Positions 1 through 10,378 are shown, numbered from the stretch's first letter. The stretch: 64,000 bases of DNA from Candidatus Yanofskybacteria bacterium RIFCSPLOWO2_01_FULL_42_49 (GCA_001795615.1 MGKI01000011.1:44996-108995); one strand, 5' to 3'. Notes: generated by a model from the letters alone, not told the origin. Made by a program: numbers and translations.

Positions 1-3000
1 CTTGACGATGAAGTTGAACGCCCCCGTGCCGATATTGTCTTCCTGTTGAAGCGAAGTCCCGCTCCCCCATTGTCCCGAAGCCGCTTTTGCCATTAACTCT
101 TCAGCCGTCATCGATAGCGACGCATATCTGACATCAAGCTTGAGCTCAGGATTCGCCATCCCGATGCCGGGGTTGCCGCTGCTTGTGCCGACAACAACAT
201 TCACTATTTTGTTGCTACCCTTTCTGCTCATTAGATTTCTTAATTCCACTTCGAATCCGCCGTCTGAAGTTTCATTGAATTCATAATTAAATTCGTTGAG
301 TACCCGTCCGATGACCTGTTTATATTGATATGGCTGAATGTTTTCAGACGGTACAGCTACGGCCAAACCGTCGTTCCTGCCAGACGGCATTACATAATCT
401 CCTTCCTTGAATTCGCCTTTCAATAGTACGGGGACTTGTCCTACATAAGCAACAACAATCCATTCTTTGTCATTGTCCCTCGGTGTATCCATTGAATTGC
501 CGCCGCGTATCCCTGACTTTGAAGAAGTCAACATGTAAAACGTCGCGTCATTTGTATCTTTGGTGACCTTCCCGTTCTTGATGCCAACAACTTCAAACGG
601 CAATATCTCTTCATTAGGGTCCAGCTTCTTCATCCATTCGGCATAGTCAACAGCTGCAGTTTCCCAACCATCATCATTTTGCGCAGATGCGTCTACCCTG
701 AAGAGGATTTGATTATCGCCCCCATCGTACCATATCAAATTTCCTGCAGCTTGTTGGGCTTGTTGCCATTTCAATACTCCATTTATATAAAAACCGATCT
801 GTGATTCATCATTTGCGTTACTCGAGTCAATCCGCAGATTTGCCGTAGTCCCGGAAGCGCTCTTTATATGAAGTTGCGTTCCCGGTGCCGTCGTCCCGAT
901 GCCGACGTTGCCGTCGTCTTGTATTCTTATTTTTTCAGCGCTTGGGTCAGCTCCGGAAGATGTTCCAACCGTAAATGTAAAATCACCATCATTTGTACCG
1001 ATAGCCCAATTACGTGCAGAGGCATGAGGGTTCGTAATCCAAATATCCGCAACACTGCTGATTGAATATCGACTTGTAAATTTGGCTACCGTTCCTGCTG
1101 AATCACCACGATCAACATGAAGCGGTGCCCCTGGCCCCGTCGTCCCGATGCCGACGTTGCCGGATTTTACGAAAAGCGTGTTAGACAATGATGCCGGTCC
1201 CTGGAAAGCAAGGGAACCGACGCCGTAAAGGTCGCCGGACACAAGAAGGTCGTTTGAGGTTGTTATCCAGTTTGATGCGGGGCCGGAGATGGTTGAAGTA
1301 CCGAAACGATTGTAGCTGACTGTTGCATATCCTCCAACCTGCAATGTGTTACCAAATAATCCGTAAGATGCACTGGCCGTGCCTTGGACTTCAAAGACAG
1401 TTGACGGGGCGGCGCCAAGACCAATCTTGAAGCCGGCGCGGTTAATGGTCAGATCGGCATCCAGGGTCATCGAGTTCACAAACTCATCAAAGTCCAGAGA
1501 GTTGGAAGCGACTCCGGCTGTGGCCCAGGTAAGAGCGCCTGAACTATTGGTCTGGAGGAATTGGTTGGCTGAACCGTCAGCCGAAGGCCAAGTGTATCTA
1601 ATACCATTAAGAGAGGTGACGCCTGAGATAGAAGCCACGCCTCCAAATGAGACCGTGCCTCTTACTTCAAGGTCGCCGCTTATCAGCAAATCATTGCTTG
1701 CGGAGATGTAATTTGAGTGACCCGTAGTTGCCGTCCCGAATCTTGAATAGGCGGCTGATGAGAATCCCCCGACTTGGAGTGTATTGCCGGTTAAGAGGTA
1801 GGAGGCGCTTGCCGTGCCTTGAAACTCGGCTCTGTCGTCGATGGTGAGTATGCCATCAGCCGTGATTAAACCGATGCCGGTTAAGGCTCCTGTGTTAGAT
1901 ATATCCCAATCATTGGTATTGATTTCTCCCGTATCTCCATTGTCTCCAAGAACGAATCTGCCCGCGATCTGGAAGTTGCTTGAAATACTGGCTTTGCCGT
2001 CAAAGAAGGCGTTGCCGTCGATTTCAAGGGCTCCGGAGATGAGAAGATCGTCAAATTTATCAACATTCGAAGAATAGCCGGTCGTGTTAATACCCAATCT
2101 TGAATATGAAGTTGTCGCTGTTGAAAAGCCAAGGGCAAAGTTAAAGCCCGATGAAGCAGTAAGGAGTCCGGTCTGCTGATCGACGGTCAGCGTGGTCTGA
2201 CTGTTCGGGTTCCTGATTCTGAATACATCCTGAGCCTGTGAAGAAGAAGCGTTAATCAAAAGAGAGAAGTTGGTCAATGAGTACGGATAAACGGTGCCGG
2301 TCATTTTGATGATATCCGTCTGGGCATCACCTAAACGAGAATTGCCTTCAACATTCAAGTCGCCAGTGATGTCGGTTGTTGACTGGACTGTTGTTCCGGA
2401 AAGAGTCAGGTTGCCGGCCACAAAAACATCCCCTTCGGCATCAACTACAAATTTGGGAGAAGTGTTGTTGACATAGGCGATGACATTGCCGTCGGCCACG
2501 GGAGAGGAGGGATTAACATAAAATGTGGCGTTGTCGGTATTAGTAAAATTGGGCCAAGTTCCGCCATGGGCTTGGGTGGGATTCCTTGTTGCCGTAAGCC
2601 GTCCCGTGAACGAACCGCTTCCGATGACGGTAAGTTCGGCGCTAGTGTTGGATGTGCCGATACCGATGTCACCGAAGACATAGAGATTGCCTGATATACT
2701 GGCTACTCCTCCAAACGAAGCCGTGCCTCGGGTTTCAAGATCGCCACTTATCAATAAATCATTGCTCGCCGAAATGTAATTGGCATGGCCCGTGGTTGAC
2801 GTGCCGAACCTTGAATAGCTGGCTGATGAGAAGCCTCCGACTTGAAGGGTATTGCCGGTTAAGAAGTAGGAGGCGGAAGCCGTGCCTTGGACTTCAAATT
2901 TAGTTTGAGGGGTAGTGGTATTAACGCCAACATTGCCTCCAGAAAGAACAGTGAATTTTGTATTAACATCCAATAAGCCCGCGGGTCCCGTAGTCCCAAT

Positions 3001-5775
3001 CCCCACATTGCCTCCCACCAAAACCAAAGTATTCGCCGAAGTATTAGCATTAACAGAAAGAGCTGTGTTGGCTCCGACTCGAAGGCCTTTTGAAATATCC
3101 ATACTTCCCGAGAATGATGTTGAACCTGTTCCGGAAAATGTGTTGATACCGCTTGTGAAGAAACTGCCTGATATACTGGCTACTCCTCCGAACGAAGCCG
3201 TGCCTCGGGTTTCAAGATCGCCACTTATCAATAAATCATTGCTCGCCGAAATGTAATTGGCATGGCCCGTGGTTGACGTGCCGAACCTTGAATAGCTGGC
3301 TGATGAGAAGCCTCCGACTTGAAGGGTATTGCCGGTTAAGAAGTAGGAGGCGGAAGCCGTGCCTTGGACTTCAAATTTAGTTTGAGGGGTAGTGGTATTA
3401 ACGCCAACATTGCCTCCAGAAAGAACAGTGAATTTTGTATTAACATCCAATAAGCCCGCGGGTCCCGTAGTCCCAATCCCCACATTGCCTCCCACCAAAA
3501 CCAAAGTATTCGCCGAAGTATTAGCATTAACAGAAAGAGCTGTGTTGGCTCCGACTCGAAGGCCTTTTGAAATATCCATACTTCCCGAGAATGATGTTGA
3601 ACCTGTTCCGGAAAATGTGTTGATACCGCTTGTGAAGAAACTGCCTGATATACTGGCTACTCCTCCGAACGAAGCCGTGCCTCGGGTTTCAAGATCGCCA
3701 CTTATCAATAAATCATTGCTCGCCGAAATGTAATTGGCATGGCCCGTGGTTGACGTGCCGAACCTTGAATAGCTGGCTGATGAGAAGCCTCCGACTTGAA
3801 GGGTATTGCCGGTTAAGAAGTAGGAGGCCGATGCTGTTCCTTGAACTTCAAATTTAGTTTGAGGGGTAGTGGTATTAACGCCAACATTGCCGCCAGAAAG
3901 AACAGTGAATTTTGTATTAACATCCAATAAGCCCGCGGGTCCCGTAGTCCCAATCCCCACATTGCCTCCCACCAAAACCAAAGTATTCGCCGAAGTATTA
4001 GCATTAACAGAAAGAGCTGTGTTGGCTCCGACTCGAAGGCCTTTTGAAATATCCATACTTCCCGAGAATGATGTTGAACCTGTTCCGGAAAATGTGTTGA
4101 TACCGCTTGTGAAGAAACTGCCTGATATACTGGCTACTCCTCCGAACGAAGCCGTGCCTCGGGTTTCAAGATCGCCACTTATCAATAAATCATTGCTCGC
4201 CGAAATGTAATTGGCATGGCCCGTGGTTGACGTGCCGAACCTTGAATAGCTGGCTGATGAGAAGCCTCCGACTTGAAGGGTATTGCCGGTTAAGAAGTAG
4301 GAGGCGGAAGCCGTGCCTTGGGTCTCGCTTCTCCCGTTTATGGTGAGCAGCGATGTAGGAGTTGTCGTTCCAATGCCGACGAGACCAGAGTTATCAATCC
4401 TCAATCTTTCCGTTCCTCCGGTTGAGAAAGCAAGGAGATCAGAGCCAGGACTGAAGAAACCGGTATTCTGGTCGATACCGAATGAGAATGACGGGGAAGC
4501 GGCGGTGTCTCTCTGAGCATAGAAGTATGAAGCTGAGGCGATGCCAGAAACATTGAGGTCTACTCCGCTTGAACCGCCGCCGATGGAAAGATTGCCACCG
4601 ATGGTTAGATTGCTTGATATGCTGGCTGTACCGACTAATTCAAAGGTTGTTTCAGGAGATATCGTGCCGATACCTACCCTGTTATTAGTCGCATCGACAT
4701 AGAATGTGTTCGTATCCACGGTCAGATCGCTCACGACAGAAAGAGTGCTGTTTAGAGCTGCGCCTCCTTCAAGTGTAGTACCTCCGGATATTTTAAGGGT
4801 TTTGGCATCTATTGTGTCGGGGTTTAAAGTAATCGGACCTATCCCACCGGTATTGGTGGGAGGAAGTTGATAGACAGTTGGTGTAAATCTTTGAAGAGAG
4901 TTGAAGTCACCGGCAAGACTTAAAAGATTTATCCTGTTTGCTTCGATAAGGGAAACGGCCTTGTCGAGACGTTGTTCAAGTTGAGCTAAGACCGCACCGG
5001 AAGGACCGACGGTAACTTCACGGACAACTGTTGTTTTCTTTGTTTGGCCATTGGTTATTGAATTTTGATTGATTACTGGAAATTGGTTATTGGTTATTTG
5101 ATGTTCAAGAGCAGTAATTCTTGATTCCTGTTCTTTTATTTTCTCCTCTCGCAACTTGAACGGATCCACGAGAATATATGTTTGAGTGCTATAGTCGTCG
5201 GTAAATAATCTGACAATGTTTCTGAATGAATCAACTATGCCGGCATATTTCTGTTCTCCCACCGCCACTTTTGCCATTTGAGGAGCAACATCATTTATGA
5301 AAGGACGGAGATATACCGACAAAAACAAAATGCCACCCACAAGTAAAAGAAACATCCTTGGGATGGCATTGGTCCTTACTAACTCTCCTCGCGATAGTGA
5401 ACCTATCTTAGAGGATGGTTTTGCACTGTAGGAACTTTTGTTTAAAAGAGCAGAAGAAAGAACATCAGAGTTTGTTAAATGGGATGTTTGAAATTCGTAT
5501 AAAGATTCTTTCAGAGGCCTGCCCTGAACAGAGTTGAAGGGCTTATGAACTAACTTAACGGCTAACGACTGGCGATAAGCGAGCAATGATTTTTCTTCAG
5601 CATACCATCTGCCGTGCTTTCCATATCGAATGGCCTGAATTCGGCCGGTTCTTGCAAGCCATCCGATGTGATCTTTAGCATATCCGTATTTCTCGGCTAA
5701 ATCATTTATGGGGAAATACCCCCTGGTTACAGGATCATCGTTTGAAATAAATTGTTTATTAAGAATTTCTCGCAT
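1..5775 (-). CDS. Giant (>1925 aa, 3' end beyond window) membrane-anchored fibre/tail-spike-like protein: N-terminal HTH, TM helix, GNVGIGTT repeats, Peptidase_G2-like chaperone region
   Basis: ATG at 5775. I translated much of this frame by hand without finding a stop, and the track lists no stop-terminated ORF in it. N-terminus MREILNK..FPINDLAEKYGYAKDHIGWLARTGRIQAIRYGKHGRWY (MerR/Xis-like HTH); TM MFLLLVGGILFLSVYL at ~5355-5308; repeated GNVGIGTTxP motifs; VDYAEWMKK..VAYVGQVPV at ~650-430. Confidence 0.85.
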   Translation of the reverse strand, partial: MREILNKQFISNDDPVTRGYFPINDLAEKYGYAKDHIGWLARTGRIQAIRYGKHGRWYAEEKSLLAYRQSLAVKLVHKPFNSVQGRPLKESLYEFQTSHLTNSDVLSSALLNKSSYSAKPSSKIGSLSRGELVRTNAIPRMFLLLVGGILFLSVYLRPFINDVAPQMAKVAVGEQKYAGIVDSFRNIVRLFTDDYSTQTYILVDPFKLREEKIKEQESRITALEHQITNNQFPVINQNSITNGQTKKTTVVREVTVGPSGAVLAQLEQRLDKAVSLIEANRINLLSLAGDFNSLQRFTPTVYQLPPTNTGGIGPITLNPDTIDAKTLKISGGTTLEGGAALNSTLSVVSDLTVDTNTFYVDATNNRVGIGTISPETTFELVGTASISSNLTIGGNLSIGGGSSGVDLNVSGIASASYFYAQRDTAASPSFSFGIDQNTGFFSPGSDLLAFSTGGTERLRIDNSGLVGIGTTTPTSLLTINGRSETQGTASASYFLTGNTLQVGGFSSASYSRFGTSTTGHANYISASNDLLISGDLETRGTASFGGVASISGSFFTSGINTFSGTGSTSFSGSMDISKGLRVGANTALSVNANTSANTLVLVGGNVGIGTTGPAGLLDVNTKFTVLSGGNVGVNTTTPQTKFEVQGTASASYFLTGNTLQVGGFSSASYSRFGTSTTGHANYISASNDLLISGDLETRGTASFGGVASISGSFFTSGINTFSGTGSTSFSGSMDISKGLRVGANTALSVNANTSANTLVLVGGNVGIGTTGPAGLLDVNTKFTVLSGGNVGVNTTTPQTKFEVQGTASASYFLTGNTLQVGGFSSASYSRFGTSTTGHANYISASNDLLISGDLETRGTASFGGVASISGSFFTSGINTFSGTGSTSFSGSMDISKGLRVGANTALSVNANTSANTLVLVGGNVGIGTTGPAGLLDVNTKFTVLSGGNVGVNTTTPQTKFEVQGTASASYFLTGNTLQVGGFSSASYSRFGTSTTGHANYISASNDLLISGDLETRGTASFGGVASISGNLYVFGDIGIGTSNTSAELTVIGSGSFTGRLTATRNPTQAHGGTWPNFTNTDNATFYVNPSSPVADGNVIAYVNNTSPKFVVDAEGDVFVAGNLTLSGTTVQSTTDITGDLNVEGNSRLGDAQTDIIKMTGTVYPYSLTNFSLLINASSSQAQDVFRIRNPNSQTTLTVDQQTGLLTASSGFNFALGFSTATTSYSRLGINTTGYSSNVDKFDDLLISGALEIDGNAFFDGKASISSNFQIAGRFVLGDNGDTGEINTNDWDISNTGALTGIGLITADGILTIDDRAEFQGTASASYLLTGNTLQVGGFSSAAYSRFGTATTGHSNYISASNDLLISGDLEVRGTVSFGGVASISGVTSLNGIRYTWPSADGSANQFLQTNSSGALTWATAGVASNSLDFDEFVNSMTLDADLTINRAGFKIGLGAAPSTVFEVQGTASASYGLFGNTLQVGGYATVSYNRFGTSTISGPASNWITTSNDLLVSGDLYGVGSLAFQGPASLSNTLFVKSGNVGIGTTGPGAPLHVDRGDSAGTVAKFTSRYSISSVADIWITNPHASARNWAIGTNDGDFTFTVGTSSGADPSAEKIRIQDDGNVGIGTTAPGTQLHIKSASGTTANLRIDSSNANDESQIGFYINGVLKWQQAQQAAGNLIWYDGGDNQILFRVDASAQNDDGWETAAVDYAEWMKKLDPNEEILPFEVVGIKNGKVTKDTNDATFYMLTSSKSGIRGGNSMDTPRDNDKEWIVVAYVGQVPVLLKGEFKEGDYVMPSGRNDGLAVAVPSENIQPYQYKQVIGRVLNEFNYEFNETSDGGFEVELRNLMSRKGSNKIVNVVVGTSSGNPGIGMANPELKLDVRYASLSMTAEELMAKAASGQWGSGTSLQQEDNIGTGAFNFIVK
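2688..4321. repeat. 477-bp (159-aa) in-frame tandem repeat, ~3.4 near-identical copies
   Basis: tgcctgatatactggctactcctcc recurs at 2688, 3165, 3642 and 4119; near-identical shadow ORFs at 2859/3336/3813 have the same 477 period. Confidence 0.97.
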
Positions 5776-5970
5776 CACACAGAGTTAACAAAAACTCCAT
5801 GCAGCGCAAAACAACAAGTTGTTAAGGACCAATGAACGAGAGGAATCCCTCTCTAAAATTGGTGTTTTTATCTTCTCGAGAATCACGATAATCACGAGAC
5901 GAGATTCGCGAGAAAACAAATGCTACAGCCAATATATATATTATAACGCGCCTCGACATAGGGGCGCAAG

Positions 5971-6096
5971 CTCTAAATTTTAAACCCTAAATCCTAAACA
6001 AATTCAAAGTTCAAAACCCAAAATTTAAAACAGTTTTTGGCTTAAATATTAGAATTTAGATATTGTTTAGAAATTAGAAATTAGAGATTAGAAATT
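5971..6096. repeat. Inverted 7-mer array (ctaaatc/ctaaacc units, then ttagaaa/ttagaga units), no cargo
   Basis: ctctaaattttaaaccctaaatcctaaacaaattcaaa...gatattgtttagaaattagaaattagagattagaaatt. Confidence 0.8.
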
Positions 6097-6133
6097 CTAT
6101 ATATCTTTATTAAATCTTAATAAAGATATATAG
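6097..6133. repeat. Perfect AT-rich palindrome with 17-bp arms, just after the GT4 stop codon
   Basis: ctatatatctttattaa-atc-ttaataaagatatatag. Confidence 0.85.
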
Positions 6134-6135
6134 GT

Positions 6136-7299
6136 TTAGGCCTTAATTATGGCCTCGAGAGTCTTGCTAGCGGCATCTTTCCAGTTAAACTTAGATGCTT
6201 GCTTTGTTCCCTTTTTGACCATAAAATGGGAGAGTTTTTTATCTCCCAAAATTTTGGTTATCCACAACTCCAACTCGACAACATCGTAAGGATCTATTAA
6301 TACCGCCGCATCTCCGACTACCTCCGGAAGCGAAGAATTTCTTGAAGTGATGACGGGAACACCAAAAGACATTGCTTCAAGCGGAGGAAAACCAAAGCCC
6401 TCAAAAAAAGATGGATAGATAAAAACATCCGCCGCGGAGTAATATAAAAATTTTTCCTCCTTGCTTAAATGTCCAGTAAAAATTATGTGGTGCCGATAAT
6501 TTGATCCGTCTGCTTCTTTAAAAATTTCTTCGCAAAGCCACCCCTTCGCTCCTGCAATGACCAAGCCGACATCTTTATATTTAGGGTCTGTTTTCAGGTT
6601 GTTAAATGCCTTGATGATGCCTACGATATTTTTTCGCGGTTCAAGTTTGCCGAGAAAAAGAATAAATCTGTCAGGAAGATTTTTTTCACGCTTAAAATTA
6701 ATGATATTAACGACATCGGATGAATTAGCAACATCGAATGTCCGCGGGACATTCGATGTTGTAATACCGGAACAAATAACTTCAATGCGGGCGGGATCAA
6801 TTTTATAAAAATTAACTAAGTCTTTTTTAGTTGACTCTGAAACGGAGATTATTTTGTCGGAAAATTTTGCTTGCCACTCCGGTCTCATTTGTAAATTGTG
6901 CCAAACTCTTTTTACCGGAGTTAAAAATTCCGGATAATGCAGATAGGATAAATCGTGAAAGATGGTTACTCTCTTGCATTCCGGCGACAGAGAAGAAATA
7001 AAAAAGTGAGGAAAGAAAAAAACATCCGCCCCCCCGACCATTTTGTCCAGGCATGGCCTATTAAAAAATCGGGACGAAGTGAACAAAATATTATTTGGAT
7101 AGTTGAATTTATATAACTCAACGTTCTTCTCTTTCAGCCAAGAATAATCGGGGAGCTTATTTTTTGAAGAAGAATAAAAAAGTTTAAATTTAATATCACC
7201 ACCTTCTTTGATCAGGAGGGGTATTAAATTTTCAGCATATTCTTCAATGCCGCTTTTTATGGAATTACCGAGAACACGAATGTCAATACCGATAACCAT
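6136..7299 (-). CDS. Glycosyltransferase family 4 (group 1)
   Basis: IGIDIR start, [40 protein letters not shown]. Confidence 0.93.
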   Translation of the reverse strand: MVIGIDIRVLGNSIKSGIEEYAENLIPLLIKEGGDIKFKLFYSSSKNKLPDYSWLKEKNVELYKFNYPNNILFTSSRFFNRPCLDKMVGGADVFFFPHFFISSLSPECKRVTIFHDLSYLHYPEFLTPVKRVWHNLQMRPEWQAKFSDKIISVSESTKKDLVNFYKIDPARIEVICSGITTSNVPRTFDVANSSDVVNIINFKREKNLPDRFILFLGKLEPRKNIVGIIKAFNNLKTDPKYKDVGLVIAGAKGWLCEEIFKEADGSNYRHHIIFTGHLSKEEKFLYYSAADVFIYPSFFEGFGFPPLEAMSFGVPVITSRNSSLPEVVGDAAVLIDPYDVVELELWITKILGDKKLSHFMVKKGTKQASKFNWKDAASKTLEAIIKA

Positions 7300-7344
7300 A
7301 AGCGTAAAACTTAAAGCGCAAAACGAAAAATAACAGCTTAAAAC

Positions 7345-7725
7345 CTAAAATTTTCTTTTCCCTTTAAGAGTTAGGATGCTAGAACCAAGAATATTGGACA
7401 GCTCTTTAGTCTCTTGCAACAACTGGTTTGCCTTATTTCCATCAGCCTTATGAGAATCTCTTAAAAGACCAAGCCAAAACTTACTTTCATTTGCTGACTT
7501 TAGCGCGTAGCTAAAAAAGTTTGTAAAATCTTTTTTAGTGCTTCCAGCTTGAGCTTCAATTATATTGGCTCCTATACTTGTAGCGCTTCTTAGTAGTTGT
7601 TTAGAGATAATCTCAATACTAAAATCTTTTCTATCCAAAGAATCGATAAAATTTATAATATCTAGGGCATAAATATATGCTCTTCTCTTTAACTCTATTT
7701 TTTCTTTTGAGTTGTTGTTTTGCAC
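7345..7725 (-). CDS. Four-helix-bundle protein (23S rRNA IVS-protein family, Avd-related fold)
   Basis: QLLRSATSIGANIIEAQAGSTKKDFTNFFSYALKSANESKFWLGLL signature; GTG start. Confidence 0.9.
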   Translation of the reverse strand: MQNNNSKEKIELKRRAYIYALDIINFIDSLDRKDFSIEIISKQLLRSATSIGANIIEAQAGSTKKDFTNFFSYALKSANESKFWLGLLRDSHKADGNKANQLLQETKELSNILGSSILTLKGKRKF

Positions 7726-7740
7726 TTTTCGCTTTGCACT

Positions 7741-8856
7741 TTACGCTTTATCATTTAATTTTTCAAGTACCTTCTGCCTAAATACTTCAACATCAAACTT
7801 AAGTGCCTGGTCTCGACAGTTCTGGGGGTTGAATTTGTTTGTATCAAAATTCTTTACGACATAGGCAAGAGAATCAACCGTCTGCTCATCAAAAAATAAA
7901 CCGGTTTTATTTTCCACTATGGTTTCAACCGCTCCCCCGCTTCGGAAAGCAATCACTGGCCGGCCAGAAGCCATGCCTTCAAGGGGAACTATGCCGAAAT
8001 CTTCTTCTTGGGGAAATATTAAAGCCTGCGCTTTTGCGTAAAGACTGGATAGCCGGTCGTCAGAAACTTGTCCTAAAAATTCTATATTTTTTGCTTTACA
8101 CTTTTCGCTTTGCGATTTTAATTTTCGAAGTTCTGGACCGACGCCCACGATTTTCAGAGGCAAACCGAGTTTAGAAAAAGCCTTAATCCCAAGGTCAAAT
8201 CGTTTATAAGCGACCAAGCGGCCAACCATAAGAAAATAATTTCCAATTTCCAACCCCCTGGTTAGTGAATAATTTCCAAACTTGAATTTTGAAACATCAA
8301 CCGATGGATAAATAACTTGTGATTCTCGTCCGTAATATTTTTTGATTCTTTCTTTAATAAAATCCGATATCGCCCAGAATTCATCTACCCGATACGAGGC
8401 CTCTTTATCCCACATCCTCAGATAAGATATAAACGGCGGCAGAATGGCTTTAATAACTCGCGGATACCCGAACTCCTCGACAAATTTGTGGCTGTCGTCC
8501 CACAAAAACCTCGGTGGCGTCAGGCAAAAGCAAATATGCTTAGTGGAGGGTTTTGTGATAATACCCTTCGCAAAAGAAGCGGAGAGAGAAATCACCACAT
8601 CAAATTGAGAGAAATCAAACTGCTCTATGGCAAGAGGCATCAATAAAGGAAATCCCCGGTGATATTTTTTAACAAATGGGATTTTTTGCAAAAAAGAGGT
8701 CCTGATGTCCTTCCCCTCAAAAATACCGCCCGTAGTATTCTTGTCATAAAAGAGAGTATAAATGGGGGCATCGGGAAATATGGTACATAAAACCTGAAGC
8801 ATTCTCTCCGCTCCACCGAACTGATTGAGATATTCATGAACAAACGCGATACGCAT
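7741..8856 (-). CDS. Glycosyltransferase family 4
   Basis: HEYLNQFGGAERML, GRLVAYKRFDL, EEDFGIVPLEGMASGRPVIA. Confidence 0.93.
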   Translation of the reverse strand: MRIAFVHEYLNQFGGAERMLQVLCTIFPDAPIYTLFYDKNTTGGIFEGKDIRTSFLQKIPFVKKYHRGFPLLMPLAIEQFDFSQFDVVISLSASFAKGIITKPSTKHICFCLTPPRFLWDDSHKFVEEFGYPRVIKAILPPFISYLRMWDKEASYRVDEFWAISDFIKERIKKYYGRESQVIYPSVDVSKFKFGNYSLTRGLEIGNYFLMVGRLVAYKRFDLGIKAFSKLGLPLKIVGVGPELRKLKSQSEKCKAKNIEFLGQVSDDRLSSLYAKAQALIFPQEEDFGIVPLEGMASGRPVIAFRSGGAVETIVENKTGLFFDEQTVDSLAYVVKNFDTNKFNPQNCRDQALKFDVEVFRQKVLEKLNDKA

Positions 8857-8857
8857 A

Positions 8858-8901
8858 ATGTAGTACGAATACTGCGAATAATTCGTGATATTCGTATTGT
8901 G
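8858..8901. repeat. 9-mer (acgaat-core) inverted array, copy 1
   Basis: tacgaatactgcgaataattcgtgatattcgta. Confidence 0.8.
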
Positions 8902-10287
8902 TTATACCGCTGAGCGGTCGGTAAATATTTTGAGTACTGTTTTGAGAATAATCTTAATGTCCATCCACAGCGACCAATTCTCAACATAAAATGTATCCAG
9001 TGCCACTTCCTGTTCAAACGGCAGGTCGGAACTGCCGGATACTTGCGCAAGTCCAGTGGCTCCTGCTTTTATCGCCAAGACTTTTTTGTGATGTTTCTGA
9101 TAAAGAGAAATCTCATCCGGCTGATGAGGACGGGGGCCGACCAAACTAATGTCCCCCGTCAGAACATTCCAAAACTGAGGTAATTCGTCAATCCTAAGTT
9201 TTCTTATCAACCTGCCGACTCTGGTTACTCTCGGATCATCTTTTATTTTAAAAAGCGGGCCGTCTTTTCTCTCGTTAAATACCGCAAGCGAAGCTTTGAG
9301 CTCTTCGGCGTTTTTAAGCATAGACCGGAATTTAATCAGTCCGAACTCTTTATTTTTGCTGATTCTTTTCAATCGCACGAACACCGGACCGCTGGAGTCG
9401 AGTTTTACTGTTATGCCCACTGCAACATAGAGCGGAGACAACAGGATAAGGCCTAAGATAGACGCAAGTATATCCATGGCTCTTTTTATAACTTTTCCCC
9501 ATCCGTCCAAACGCGTTCTTTTGAGTTCTATGAGCGGAAGCCCGCCGACAACATCAATGTCAAAATTCGTGGTCAAGGTTTTATACATATTCGGGATATA
9601 TTTAAAAACAATATGATTCTCATGACAAAAGTCTACCAACTCCTGAACATTTCCTTCCGGATAATCCGGATTAGTAAGTAGCACTTCATCTACTGTGTCG
9701 GTGGTCAAAAATATTTTAAGCGCCTGAATATCCGGTTCTGCCAGTTGATGAACAACCCGATAGCCAAGTAAGGGATTCAAATAAATTTCTTCTTTTACTT
9801 GCCTGGCCGCAGCATCATTGCCAATAACAAGAACCTGGTGAATCCCAAAGTTAAATTTTGAAACAGCATAAGTCTGAAAAATTTTAATAAGCATCCTCCC
9901 GACAAAAACGAATATAATTGCCAATAACCAGCCGCCTAGAACGAGGAATCGGGAATTAAAAAGTTCCTGCCTCAAGAAAATATACACAATAATAATCATT
10001 ATGCCCGCCGACGAAGCAATAATTATTTTAGAAAATTCTTCCATCAAGCCCAGACGGTTCTTAAGCGAGTAGAGTCCTGATATAGCATAAGCGCCGATAA
10101 AAATTAAAGAAACAAAAACTACCAAATAAAAATATTTGAGAAGGGGCAGGTTGAATTCAAAAAGCACCGGCCTGAAAGCGGAGATTATCTCAGTCCTTAA
10201 AAAATAAGCGGTAATGCCGGCACTCAACAGCATCACAAAATCAACCGGCAGTCGCAAGACGTTAAAGAAAAGTTCAGATTTCTTCAT
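8902..10287 (-). CDS. Polyprenyl glycosylphosphotransferase (WcaJ/WbaP-like sugar transferase)
   Basis: N-terminal TM helices, KRAMDI, KFRSM, DDPRVTRVG..RIDELPQFWNVLTGDISLVGPRP. Confidence 0.93.
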   Translation of the reverse strand: MKKSELFFNVLRLPVDFVMLLSAGITAYFLRTEIISAFRPVLFEFNLPLLKYFYLVVFVSLIFIGAYAISGLYSLKNRLGLMEEFSKIIIASSAGIMIIIVYIFLRQELFNSRFLVLGGWLLAIIFVFVGRMLIKIFQTYAVSKFNFGIHQVLVIGNDAAARQVKEEIYLNPLLGYRVVHQLAEPDIQALKIFLTTDTVDEVLLTNPDYPEGNVQELVDFCHENHIVFKYIPNMYKTLTTNFDIDVVGGLPLIELKRTRLDGWGKVIKRAMDILASILGLILLSPLYVAVGITVKLDSSGPVFVRLKRISKNKEFGLIKFRSMLKNAEELKASLAVFNERKDGPLFKIKDDPRVTRVGRLIRKLRIDELPQFWNVLTGDISLVGPRPHQPDEISLYQKHHKKVLAIKAGATGLAQVSGSSDLPFEQEVALDTFYVENWSLWMDIKIILKTVLKIFTDRSAV

Positions 10288-10378
10288 TCCTCGCCAAAAC
10301 TAGCATAAAACTTGAACTTCTTCAACTGAGTATCCGCGACATTATGCATCAGCTTTATGCCAAAGACTTCGTACCAAT

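Noticed and set aside
868-4516. Short ORFs in the track (e.g. the 113-aa and 63-aa triplets)
   Set aside because: Shadow frames of the giant minus-strand gene; they repeat only because of the 477-bp repeat.
1-5775. Prophage tail gene
   Set aside because: No capsid, terminase, portal or integrase genes in the window; the protein has a TM anchor and lies next to glycosyltransferase genes.
7345-7725. Diversity-generating retroelement (Avd-like fold)
   Set aside because: No reverse transcriptase and no TR/VR pair with adenine-specific differences seen in the window.
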